NCBI GenBank assembly: GCA_028534125.1
Contig: CM052821.1
Coordinates: 53,754,001-53,818,000, forward strand
Source of the DNA: Lama glama
Lineage: Eukaryota
Length of the DNA: 64,000 nt
Reading direction: 5' to 3'
In this document: positions 24,901 to 36,000 of the stretch, piece after piece
Numbering within the stretch: position 1 is the stretch's first letter
How the letters are laid out: each line of letters begins with the position of its first letter
Translations under genes and position numbers: made by a program
Notes under the pieces: generated by a model
The model's database searches: none
What the model was told of the DNA's origin: nothing
What the model saw: the letters and a program-made list of their open reading frames with translations, nothing else

Positions 24901-26794
24901 TAGGTCCTCCACACACCCTCTCAGATTCTGTCCCCATAATCTCCTTGCTGGGAGGGGATTATTTGCTCCCCCACCAATGTATACCTGGAAGCTCAGAGAG
25001 GTAAAGCCACTCGCCCAAGGACACACAGCGGGGCAGCCCAAAGCCCGGTGCCAGCCCAGCCCAGGGGACTCCCGGGCTGTAGCATCCAAGCCCCAGGAGG
25101 CAGGACAGGATGAGTCAGTCCCAGAGCTCCTGGCCAGGCCACTTGGCCAGCACCCTCCCGGCACCTTCGAAACAACAGGAAGACCATCCTGGAGGGCGTG
25201 GGTGAGTGAGGAGGGGGTGCCCTTTTGACCCACAGGTAAGTCGTTCTGACGGCAGCTGGAATGTCCCCGCTGGGAGACATTTGCTGCGCCAACAAGCATC
25301 TATTCTCAGAAGCAAATATTTGAGCAGTTAAGGCCAGAGTTTTAATGGTAGGGGTGGGGGAGCAGAACCAAGAAGGAAGTTTTCCACAATCCCCCCCGAC
25401 CCACATGGATGGAGATAAATTCTTCCTTCTCTCTCCCTCTGGCACTTGATCTGGGAGCTGGGCCTGTGAAGAGCCCCGGGTCTAGATGGTTTTGGGGAGC
25501 GTAACAGCCTCGAGCCCCACCACTGGCTCCCTCCCCGCGATCTCGGTTCTCCAGTTACCCCGCTGCAGCCCGGAGGCGAGGCGCTTACATGGAATTTCTG
25601 TCAAGTTGACATCAAGGAGCATCCTCCTTTCTGGCGGTAACGGTCCCCCAGGACCCCCCAGGCCTTCGTGGAAGCAGCTCCTTGTTAATTGCTCACGCGA
25701 GCTGGCATCTTTGTTTACACAGCAGCCGCTGCAGTTACTGGGTGTGGGGATTTTAATTAAGATTCCAAACCTGGGAGCTGGGTGGGCAGTGTGGCTCTCC
25801 CCTCCCCGGCCAAGCGGCCGGATGCAAGGGCAGGGTTGTGGGAGCCCCTCCCTGGAAGAGACAGGTTTGAGCGGCCACTTGGTGGTGTGTCCCTGGGAAC
25901 AGGGGTGCCATGGGGCTATGCACCTGCTCTGTGCCAGGCTCCTAACGGGCACCGTCTCAGTCCTCCCGACGCCCCCATTTTCATAAACAAGCAATCGGGC
26001 TTGGGAGGAGCGAGTGACTTTCTCAAGGTCACAGGGCCGGTGGATCTGCTTGGCTGGATCCAACGCCCTCGCTCTCCCAGCCCACGGAGCTGCATCCTGG
26101 GCCCAGAGACAGTGGGTCTAGATCATCCAGAAGCCTCTCCAGTGATTCTCCCAAAACCTTGTTTGTGGTGTATTTGCCCCAGGGCTGGACACATGGATTT
26201 TCCAGGCAAGTGAGAGGAGGGTCAGGATGGATTTTCTGCCCATCACCAGCCGGCATTCCTCGCGGGCAGGGCTGAGCCTCTCTCTTCTTCCCACCCCAGC
26301 ACTCGCACGGGCTGTGGCCCTGCGCTGACTGGATAAGCACTTGCACAATAATGAGTGAATTGAGGGGGCCCAGGCTGCAGCCGCGCAGCAATGCAGACGG
26401 CTTCAGAGAAGGAAAAGCAGGATGGAGCGGGCAGTTTGCAAAGGGACGCCCGAGACGTGTCCTTGAGGACCCACAGCCGGACGTGCGATGGGGGGGTCTG
26501 ACCAGTCTGCCTGCCTTCTCGCCTCCCGGCCCCCACCCGCCCCTACTGCTTTCTCTGCACTGGGATGGACCAGGATCAGGAAGGACCAGGTTCTGGAAAG
26601 GGTGGGGCTGAGTCTCCCTCCAGAACCACCCTGCTTCCTGTTCCGGCTACCCCTGCCAGGGCGCCTGCCTCTGAGCGTCACCGGGAGCGCTGGGCCCCAG
26701 CTCGCACAAACACCTAAGGACACGTTTGCTTGTCCCTGAACCCCTGGGGCGGGCAGATCGCTGGCGGTGCCGAGCATCTCTTCATGATCCACGT

Positions 26795-27160
26795 ACAGGG
26801 GCGTGCCGGTAAGTACTCAGCGCCTGGTCCTCCAGGGGCACAGAAGTCCTATCCGTAGCATTTCCGGCCCATTTCCCTGGTGCAAATACTGCCAACATGA
26901 CGTCACTTAACGCAGCGCTGGGGAGAGATGGGCATTCGGCACCATTACGCAGGTTTCCATCACACAGATACAGCAGACGTAAAAACTCGAGAGCAGAGAA
27001 AGTGGCCGATGTAGCAAAACCACTGGGAAGTGAAGAGGTTTATCTATTATCTTTGCGTTTAATACAATTTATTTAATTGGAAGTTACTATTGTTGAATTT
27101 TTAGAGTGGCCATGTTTAACAGCGGGCTCCCAAAATTTAACCACCAGGTCTGTTGAGACA
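26795..27160. mobile_element. MER63-like hAT DNA transposon remnant
   Basis: cagggg..tgccggtaagtactcagc start, ggtgcaaatactgccaacatg, and catgtttaacagcgggctc...aatttaaccaccagg end. Confidence 0.5.
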
Positions 27161-27221
27161 GTGTGAGGTGTCAGATTTATTTATGGATTTGTTTTATGTG
27201 TAGCAGAAAAAAATGTAACTC

Positions 27222-27956
27222 TTTTTTATATTATTATGAAAGTGTAGTTGATTTACAGTGTTGTGTTAGTTTCTGGGGTATAGCAAAGTGATTCCGTTAT
27301 ACATATATATATTCTTTTTCATATTGTTTTCCATTATGATTTATTACAAGATATTGAATATAGTTCCCTGCACTGTACAGTAGGACCTTGTTGTTTATCT
27401 ATTCTATCTACAGTAGTTTGTAGCTGCTGATCTCAAACTTTTAATTTATCCCTCCCACACTTTCCCTCCTGGTAACTATAAGTTTGTTTTCTATGTCTGT
27501 GAGTCTGTTTCTGCTTCATAAATATGTTCATTTGTGTCCTATTTTAGATTCCACATATAAGTGACATCATATGATGTTTGTCTTTCTCTGTCTGACTTAC
27601 TTCACTTAGTATAATAATCTCTAGGTCCACCCATGTTGCTGCAAATGGCATTATTTCATTCTTTTTTATGGCTGAGTAATATTCCATTGTATAAATATAC
27701 CACATCTTCTTTATTCAGTCATCTGTTGACAGACGTTTAGGTTGCTTCCATGCCTTGGCTATTGTAAATAGTGCTGCTGTGAACATTGGGGTGCAGGTGT
27801 CTTTCTGAATTAGAGTTTTCTCCGGATGTATGTCCAGGAGCGGGATTGCTAGATCATATGGCAAGTCTGTTTTTAGTTTTTTAAGGAACCTCCATACTGT
27901 TTTCCATGGTGGCTGCACCAATTTACATTCCCACCAACAGTGTAGGAGGGTTCCCT
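27222..27956 (-). mobile_element. 5'-truncated L1: ORF2 C-terminal Cys-rich region plus 3'UTR
   Basis: ORF 27715..27975 gives [40 protein letters not shown]...TCTPMFTAALFTIAK, a classic L1 ORF2 C-terminus. Confidence 0.95.
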
Positions 27957-28674
27957 GGAAAAATGCAATGCTCAAACCAAAGATATGATTGCTCGCTGCA
28001 AGTCTGAGTTCTCTTTAAAAATGGCTTGACTTAAGGTCAATTAAAAATGTAGTAAGTAAATAGCACAGGGAGGACCACCTCGGAGCCGAAGTCTGGGAAG
28101 TAACTGTTGCTTAGGGAGATGGCTTCAATCATCATGTCTTTGGGGCACAGAAACTAAGTGGGCATCCCGCAGGAGGGGAAACACAATTAGTTAACAAGCA
28201 AAAGGGAAGGCGTTCAACCTCACTGCTAATCAAAGAAATGCAAACCACATAGAGGAGGGTGCCCTGTGCTGCAGGGGGGCTGGGAGGTGAGCTGCTGCTG
28301 GTGACAGTCCTCTAAGGGAGGGGCCGGCGCTGGTATACGGAGCTGTGAAACTGTCACTCTGCAGACTCAGTAACTTGCGAGCCTGGAGTCTACCCAGGGG
28401 ACATCGTTCCAACAAGGGAAAACCACAAACACTTAGAGGCGCTTGTTACTGCCCCTCATTTTCTAGAGTGTATTCTTCCCCTTGTAATGTTTTCTTGCCA
28501 CAGGAGAAAACTTGTAAGCTGTATAAACGCCCTGCTGTAGTGAATGGCCAGTGAGAGGCCGGCATGTGAATCCGGACTACTGGGGAGCTGTACAACGCTA
28601 TTCAGAAAAATTAAGCAAAAACCTCAGGATGCTGGCTAACTTAACGTTAAGTGAATATAATTAGAAGAGAAATA

Positions 28675-29507
28675 CAGTCGCCCCCGTAACCATGGGGACT
28701 CTGTTCCAAGACCCCCAGCGCATCCTTGAAACCGCAGAGAGAACCGAACCCCATGTATACTACATTTNNNNNNNNNNNNNNNNNNNNNNNNNNNNNNNNN
28801 NNNNNNNNNNNNNNNNNNNNNNNNNNNNNNNNNNNNNNNNNNNNNNNNNNNNNNNNNNNNNNNNNNNNNNNNNNNNNNNNNNNNNNNNNNNNNNNNNNNN
28901 NNNNNNNNNNNNNNNNNNNNNCATCTTATTACACAAATGTAACGCCTTTTCCGTCTTAATTAAACAGGTAGCACGCACTGCGGCTGCTACTTTCGCNNNN
29001 NNNNNNNNNNNNNNNNNNNNNNNNNNNNNNNNNNNNNNNNNNNNNNNNNNNNNNNNNNNNNNNNNNNNNNNNNNNNNNNNNNNNNNNNNNNNNNNNNNNN
29101 NNNNNNNNNNNNNNNNNNNNNNNNNNNNNNNNNNNNNNNNNNNNNNNNTAAAGGAGGCACTCTGTGGCTTTCCCTGGGCACAGATGACTTGCCAGCATCG
29201 CTGCTGTCGCTCTGCGCGGCCATGGCTAGGTAGGTAAGGGTCACGTCAGCGCAAGCACTGCGACACCACGATGGTTGATCTGATCACCGAGACGGCGGCT
29301 ACCAAGGACTGATGGGCAGGACACGCTGGCCAGAGAAGTGAGTCCCGCCCCGGGCGTGAGGTTTCATCATGCTACTCCAAATGGTGTGCAGCTGAGAGCT
29401 TAAGAATTGGTGATTTCTGGAATTGTCCATTTAATATTTTCAAACAGTGGTTGACTGCAGGCAACTGAACCCGGGTAAAGTGAAGCGTCGGGTAAGGGGG
29501 GACCAAT
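28675..29507. mobile_element. MER44 (Tigger7-derived) DNA transposon containing two assembly gaps
   Basis: cagtcgcccccgtaacc...gttccaagacccccag...gaaccgaacccc start and gggtaaggggggacc end (inverted termini). Confidence 0.75.
28768..29148. other. Assembly gaps 28768-28921 and 28997-29148
   Basis: Runs of N. Confidence 0.99.
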
Positions 29508-30649
29508 GCCCCTACATCATTATTGGAAGGGTGCAAACGTGGACACACAGAAAACAGAAAATGCAAAGCCCCTGTGGTCCTGGTCCTGTGGCTTTTCCCC
29601 TCTGCTTTTACTCTGGCACGAACACGCCCCTCACTGTAATTAGCGCTCACTGAGGCACCTGTCACAGGCTGGGCTCTGTGCTGATCCCTGCAGTCAGCAT
29701 GCAAGGTCCGTCTAGTGGGTCCATTTTACTCATGGGAGAACTGAGGCTCAGAGACGTTCAATAACTTGCCTGAGGTTCCCGCTAGCAAGTGGAGGCACAG
29801 TCTGAACCCGACTCTGACTCCGAGACCATGCGGCTCACCTCTCTGCAAGCTTACTGGAGCTCGGTGGTGAGAGTTTGGAGGCAGCATTTAATATAAACCC
29901 GTCTGCGCCGTCTTTACTTCTGTGCTGCTGGGTCCTTCTCTGAGGGGCAAGGTTTCCAGAGGAAGGAGGCAGGTGGGGAGCGGTGGGGTGGATGGATGGG
30001 GACCCCTGGCTGCCTCAGCCCCTCCTTGGGTCTCCAGAAAGATCCAGGGGGCCGGGAAAGACCATCCTAGATGGCGCAAGGGAAAGGATAAAGACCCAGA
30101 AAGCTAATGAAGCAAAACCAACCACGCAGCGCAACCACACGCACGTGGCAGTTGTCGATGGAGCTGGTGCAGGGTCTGAGGCCACACGGTCTCTGCTCAA
30201 TACTGGGTCCAGTTCAGAGAGGGCTTGGTGGGCCAGTGCCTGGAGCCCCAGACCTCACACCCTTTAGAGTGTCCCTGGGGTCCTGCCCCAGGGTGGGTAA
30301 GACCTGACCTGCACCGGGAGCCCATCGTCGGGTCCAGCGCCGAGCCGGATGCTTTGGCTACCATCTCAGCATGTAGCTCTCACAGTGGGAGAAGTACAGG
30401 TAGAGACGCCGCCTCCCATTCCACGGATGTGGGCTTCAGAGTCAGCTGGACCTGGGTGTGAATTCCAGCTCAGTGGCTGTGCAGCTCTGGGGAGTTGCTA
30501 ACCCTCCCTGAGCCTCAGTTTCCTTCTCCATGCAGGGAGCTCTGAATGGCCAAGCTGCTGTGCTGCGGGGGGTGTGGAATGGCACTGTCTGTGCAGCTGC
30601 TTGGCTCATTAGTTCCTCAGTAAACAGGCGCTCCTGTTGTTAACAATTA

Positions 30650-31505
30650 TAATCCAGTTCATCCATTGGTCTGACACTTACTAGATGCCTACTCTGTGCC
30701 AGGCACCAGACAGATGAAGATGCTTTCAGTCAACACCTGCTTACTGAGCACCCACTAACAGCGCTGGGGGCACGGATGTGCACAAGACAGACCAGTCCCA
30801 ACTCTCTCTCGGGATTCCTTACAGCAGAGGAGACAGACAGTAGACCAGAAACCAAACACAACAGAGGTGGTGAGCCCCATGCAGAAACCAAAAAGGAAAA
30901 GAGGGAGTAGAGAGGGCTGGTGGGCCAAGGGACTGTTGCTATTTTGTAAACCTTGGTCTCGGAAGGCCTCTTGGAGCAGGTGACATCTGAGCAGGTGTCT
31001 GGTGGAGGGGAGGGAGCCAGCCGTGCTGGTATCTGGGAGGAGAGCAGTTCAGGCAGAGGGAGTGGCAGGTGCAAAGGCCCTGAGGCAGGGGTGAGCTTGG
31101 CAAGCTCCAGGAACCGCAGGGAGGCCAGTGCGGTTGGAGCAAGCGGGGGAGATGAGGACAGAGGGACTGGGGAGGGGTATCGAATCAGGTTGTGGACCAG
31201 TGAAAGAATTTGGATTCGTCCCCTAGTGAGAAAGATATTGGTGGGGTTTGACTTATGTTTTAAAAGGATCACTTTGCTGCTGTGTATGTTTCAGGGGATG
31301 AGAGGCAAACGACAGAAGTAGGGAGAGATTCAGGAGACTTTGTCTCCACCCTGGTGAGAAGATGGACTGGAATGGTTGGTCTCAGTAGAGGGGTGTGGAT
31401 GGAGGATTCTGGGTTCATTTTCTGGGTATCGCTGGCAGGATGTGTGAAGTGGGAGAGGGTGGGGGTCAGGTTGGCTCCAAGGTACTGTCCTGAGGAGGTG
31501 GCGGG
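30650..31505 (-). mobile_element. L2 3' region
   Basis: cttactgagcaccc..., caggtgacatctgagcag, ggcaggtgcaaaggccctgaggcagg and tttaaaaggatcactttgctgctgtg are the reverse complement of L2. Confidence 0.8.
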
Positions 31506-32929
31506 AGGGGCTGGGGTCCCTGGACGGGCTGGTCTGCCCTGTCCACTGAACACTCAGCAACACTGCTGGAGGCAGACCCGGGAGTCGGGGCAGGTGGTCT
31601 AGATGGGAACTGTGGGGCTGGGTGGGGTTCTCAGGCGCGGGTTGAGACAGGAAGAAGAGGTTCAAGGAAGGGCCCTCCAGTGTCTGAGGATGGGGAGGTG
31701 AGGAGGGAGCAGTGAAGTGGGTGGAGAAGGGGTGGCCACTGAGAGGCTGGGAGCCACCAGGGAGAGGGGCACCCAGGACCTGGGGTTCCTGGGGGCTCCC
31801 CGCTTTTCCTCAGCCTTTTCCCTCCTCTGAGACTTTGCCGAGTTGCTCTCACTGCCTGGATTGCCCTTCCCCCCTGTCAGAAACCCCCACTTAGCCAGTG
31901 AAACCCTTTCTGGTGTTGGTCACCCTCTGGCCAGCTGGCACTCAGCTGAGAGGGCTGTGGGCCGAGGGGACAGCCGGCAGCTGTCTTCAACATTGCAGAA
32001 AGCCTGCCGTACCCTGACACGAAGCCGGGGAGAGATGGAAAACATTTGCATAGCAGTTTCTCCTCTTCCCACATCTTGGTTAGCCAGACAGCACCCCCTG
32101 AGTCCAACTGCATCGCCCTGCTTTCCCGGGAAAGGCAGTTGAGCTGAATCGCCTGCTAGAGGTCCTCTGGTGATTAGGAAACGGGGGAGCAAGACTTGAA
32201 CACAGGTCTGTCCCTAACCACTCCGCTTCCTGCCTATAAAGACGCAGAGCTCCGTGTGGGCGGAGCCGTTCGGACCCAGGCAGCCGGCTTCTCAGGGAGG
32301 AGCGCTCCATTACCGGGCGGCGCTCGCCTGGGCCAGGATGCGGAGGGCGTGTCAATGCCAGCAACTGGAAACCCTCTCATCCTGGGGGCCCAGGGGCCTG
32401 GGCATGAGCTGGAGTGATGCTCTGAGAAGAGGATGAGAGGCTTTGCAGGGTGGGAGGTCAGGAGCCCCCAGCTGGCTCGAGATCCGGAATTGGGTCATGG
32501 AGTTCCGGACCATCATCTCTCAATGGTCAGTGAATGCAGCCATTAGAGCAGTGCTTATGAAAACGTCTCAGTAACGCAGGTGGCTCTCCATGACATAATG
32601 TTGAATTAAAAACCCAAGACACATAATCTTCTGTGCGAAGGCAACAACTATAATGTGAGCAAGGCGCTGACGACAAGAGACGGTTGGAGGGGATGATGGG
32701 CCGCATTTGATGCTGAGGCCGTTCTGTCCCCTCTTCGCATGTTCTCCGGTGAGCATGGCAATTTGATGATGGAAAATTCTGCATGAAAAGAAAGGAAATG
32801 GGACTGCTGCTTGGTGGAGGGCTGAGATGGAGGAAGTAGCTAAAGCAGGGAAATAATACCTGAGACCAGCAGTGAGGACGCTGTGCTCTGGCTCTGGGCG
32901 GCCCCGCCTCTCATGTGTCTCATCACCCC

Positions 32930-33075
32930 TCCCAGCGCTGGAGAAGACTGCCTGGGTTCAAATGCTGAGTCTGCGGGTGACCAGCTGGGTGATTTTGGCC
33001 CAGTTACCTAACCTCTCTGTGCCTTGGTTTCCTTGTCTGTAAAATGAGATTCGTCAAATAAGTGCCTGAGAGCTG
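32930..33075 (+). mobile_element. MIR
   Basis: ctgggttcaaatgctg...gttacctaacctctctgtgccttggtttccttgtctgtaaaatgag. Confidence 0.8.
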
Positions 33076-36000
33076 GGAGAGAGGCACTGAACCACGCAGA
33101 CCCTCAATCTTACATTCTGGCAGGGATGGGGCAGGAACACAGGGCATCCTATCTGAGTGTGTGCCAGGGCCGCCCCTGGGCTCAAGGGTTGCTGTTGTCT
33201 TAAATTCACCCAACAGCACCAAACCCAGGTGTTCTCTTTTGGGCCAAGCCCCCTGCTCTTCTCCACTGAGAAGTTTGGCTCTGAGCATCCCTGGGGTAAG
33301 GAGGGACGGGTCAGCTGGTGAGGGGTGAGAGGGTGTTCCCCGGGAATGGGATCAACGTTCCTTGAAGCCTCACTGTGTGCTCAGCCCTGGGCTGGGTCCT
33401 TTCGTGTGCCCTCCTTCACTTCTCATCACTATTGTCCAGAGGAGGTACTGAGACTCAGAGAGGGCCAGTAACTCATCCGAGGACACACAGCAGCTGAGGC
33501 CCCTGGTCTGGGCCTTTCTGTCATCCCCCATCCCTCATGGTACTCCTTGGTAGTGGGACAGCACTAATGGACAAATATCCTCCTGCGTTTTTGCCAAAGC
33601 CATTTGCACAAGATGAAAACAGGGAGAGCAGGTGGGGGCTGGCAGGGGTGCCTTCCCGTGTAGGCAAGCCCAGGTGAGAGGAAGCTAGGACCCAGCCAGG
33701 GAAGACATGGGCCAGAGTGTCCTGATCCTGCTGGAAGCCCCGAGCACTCGAAACTCCAGCCCCTGTTGGAACATTCACTGTCTTCTGAATCCCAATCAAG
33801 GAGGCCTCCTTGGTATTTGATGTGATGCCAAGGAAAGACGATCTCTGGTCCTCTCCCTTTGTCTCCTAATTTTCTGGAATTTCTCGCTGTTGGCTGGTGT
33901 CCTCCCTGCAGAAACCACACACCAGAGACTCTGGCCGCAGAGCCAGGAAAAAAAGTGACATCTGAGCTCTATGAGGGGGAAGGCTCTGGGGTTGGGTGAA
34001 CTCCAGGGACCCCACAGGGAAGGCACGGATGAGTTCCGCCAGGGGCTAGAGGGGATTCTAGGTGAGGGAGGGAGGAGATGGGAGGGTGATGGGCTGAGAG
34101 GGGAGCCCCTGAATGTCGGCAAAGAGGGTCTGCTCCTCCCTTAGACCACACAAAATCTTCAGACGTCACATGATTTCAAGGGTCACCATGGCCTTTTCTC
34201 ATGCTGCTCCCTCTGAAGTGACTTTGCCATTGTGTTCCAACTAGGTGACCTCCCCTCACCTCTGCAGGCCTGGCTCAATGTCACCTCCTCCTCCAGGAAG
34301 CATGCGTGGACTCCTCCCTCCCCTGCAGCTCACTGTGGGCTCTCCTGGGTCCTCTGGGCACTTGGTGTCACTGTGCTTGTTCTCCTGAGTGATGTGACAC
34401 TTCCTGTGCAGACTCAAGCCCCTCCCTGACCGGGGCTTTCTTGGCCGGGCGGGTGGACCAAGGAGAGCTGCTCCTCTCCTGCCCAGGGGGCCAGGAAATT
34501 CAGCATCTGCCCTGGACTCCAGAGCCAGCCCCCACCCCCCGGGCTCCTTCTGCCAATCTGGGCCCTGAAGTCATGCAGCCCACCTTGCAGAGACACTCCC
34601 AGGTCTAACGGCCATGTCTCTGTCCTCTATTTAAGGGATGGTCCCCAGACTGGAGGCATCAGTGCCTCCCAGGAGCTTATTTATACAGGCAGAATCCCAG
34701 GCCCACCCCAGACTATGCACATCAGAATTTAACAAGACCCCGGAGGGCTGAATCCCCATGAAAGTTTATTAAAGAGATACACAAAATATCCCTCTCCCAG
34801 GCCGAGTCAGTTTTCCCTTGGGCCGGCTTGGGGGCTGGGCAACCTCCTCTCTCTCCTCTAGTCACCATTCGATCCCTCACCCGCAACCCAGGCCTCCAGA
34901 CCGGATCAGGGTCCCTGACCTCAGGGAAGGTTTTGAGGGACGAATAGGAGTCTCCTAGGGAGATGTGGAAGAAGAGCATTCTGGGAAGAGAAATGTATGC
35001 AAAAGCAGAGAGGTGTGAATTGGTAAGAGTTAGGGGGGTGGAACCAGGCTTCCAGTGGAAGATGTGAGGCAGGGATGAGGTGGGAGGAGGCTCTGAAGTT
35101 GACAGGGGCTGCTGCAGTTGGCTCAGGGTCAGACTTGGTTCTGGGAGACTTTGGACCAGTGAGACCCTGGCTCAAGCCCATGAACTTACTGTGCAGCTTT
35201 GGGCAAGTCACTTAGCCTCTCTGGGCCTGAGTTTGGTTATCTGTAAAAGGGATGATAGAGCTGTGGAGCTCAGTCCCCAGGATGGGAGTTACAAGGGCCA
35301 GCGGGAACAACAATGGGGCGTGTCTAGACAGTAAGCATAACCATGGGTTCCAGCACTCAGCTGGCTCCATGCATCTTAGAGGGAGGTGAGCAGCAGCCTG
35401 AGGCTTCAGAGAAAGGGAGGTGGGCTGGGGACGGCCTGGGGGGGCCGAGCTAGGAGCGGAAACCCTCCTGGGGAAGGGGAGGTGGGGTGAATCAGGGGGA
35501 GGAGGCAGGGACAATGGGGGAGGGGCTGGGGTCCTCGGAGGGCAGCTGGAACCACGTCTGGTCCTCACGATCGCACTGTGAGGTAAGGCTGAGACTGTCC
35601 CCATTTTACGGATGAGGAATCCAAGGCTCAGATAGGTCTTGAGGAGCCAAAACGGGATTCAAAGCCAGGGGTGCCTGACCGCGAGCCCCTGCTTGCTCCC
35701 CTGGGCCGGCAATAGTGACAATGATGCATGGGAGCACGGCCACATGGCAGCAGGGGTGACACTGCAACTCGGGGACCCTTCCCCGCAGCTGCAGTGTGGA
35801 GCCTGGGTGGCACCGCAGTGCCCCAGGCCTCCCCTCCTTTTCTCCTTTAGCCCCACTTCACCCCGCGGTGCACAGCCTGACCGTTACGGGCATGTGGCTC
35901 TGCTGCTGCCACGTCAAGCAAATGGCATTTGCTGAGTACCTACTATGTGCCCTGAACACCAGAGACAAAGCCTCTGCGGCGGGCGTGGCCCTGGCTCCAG

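Noticed and set aside
24298-25299. 333-aa minus-strand ORF, the longest in the window
   Set aside because: Non-ATG start, low-complexity G/P/S/R composition, no recognisable domain, and it runs through a MIR fragment. Expected by chance in GC-rich DNA.
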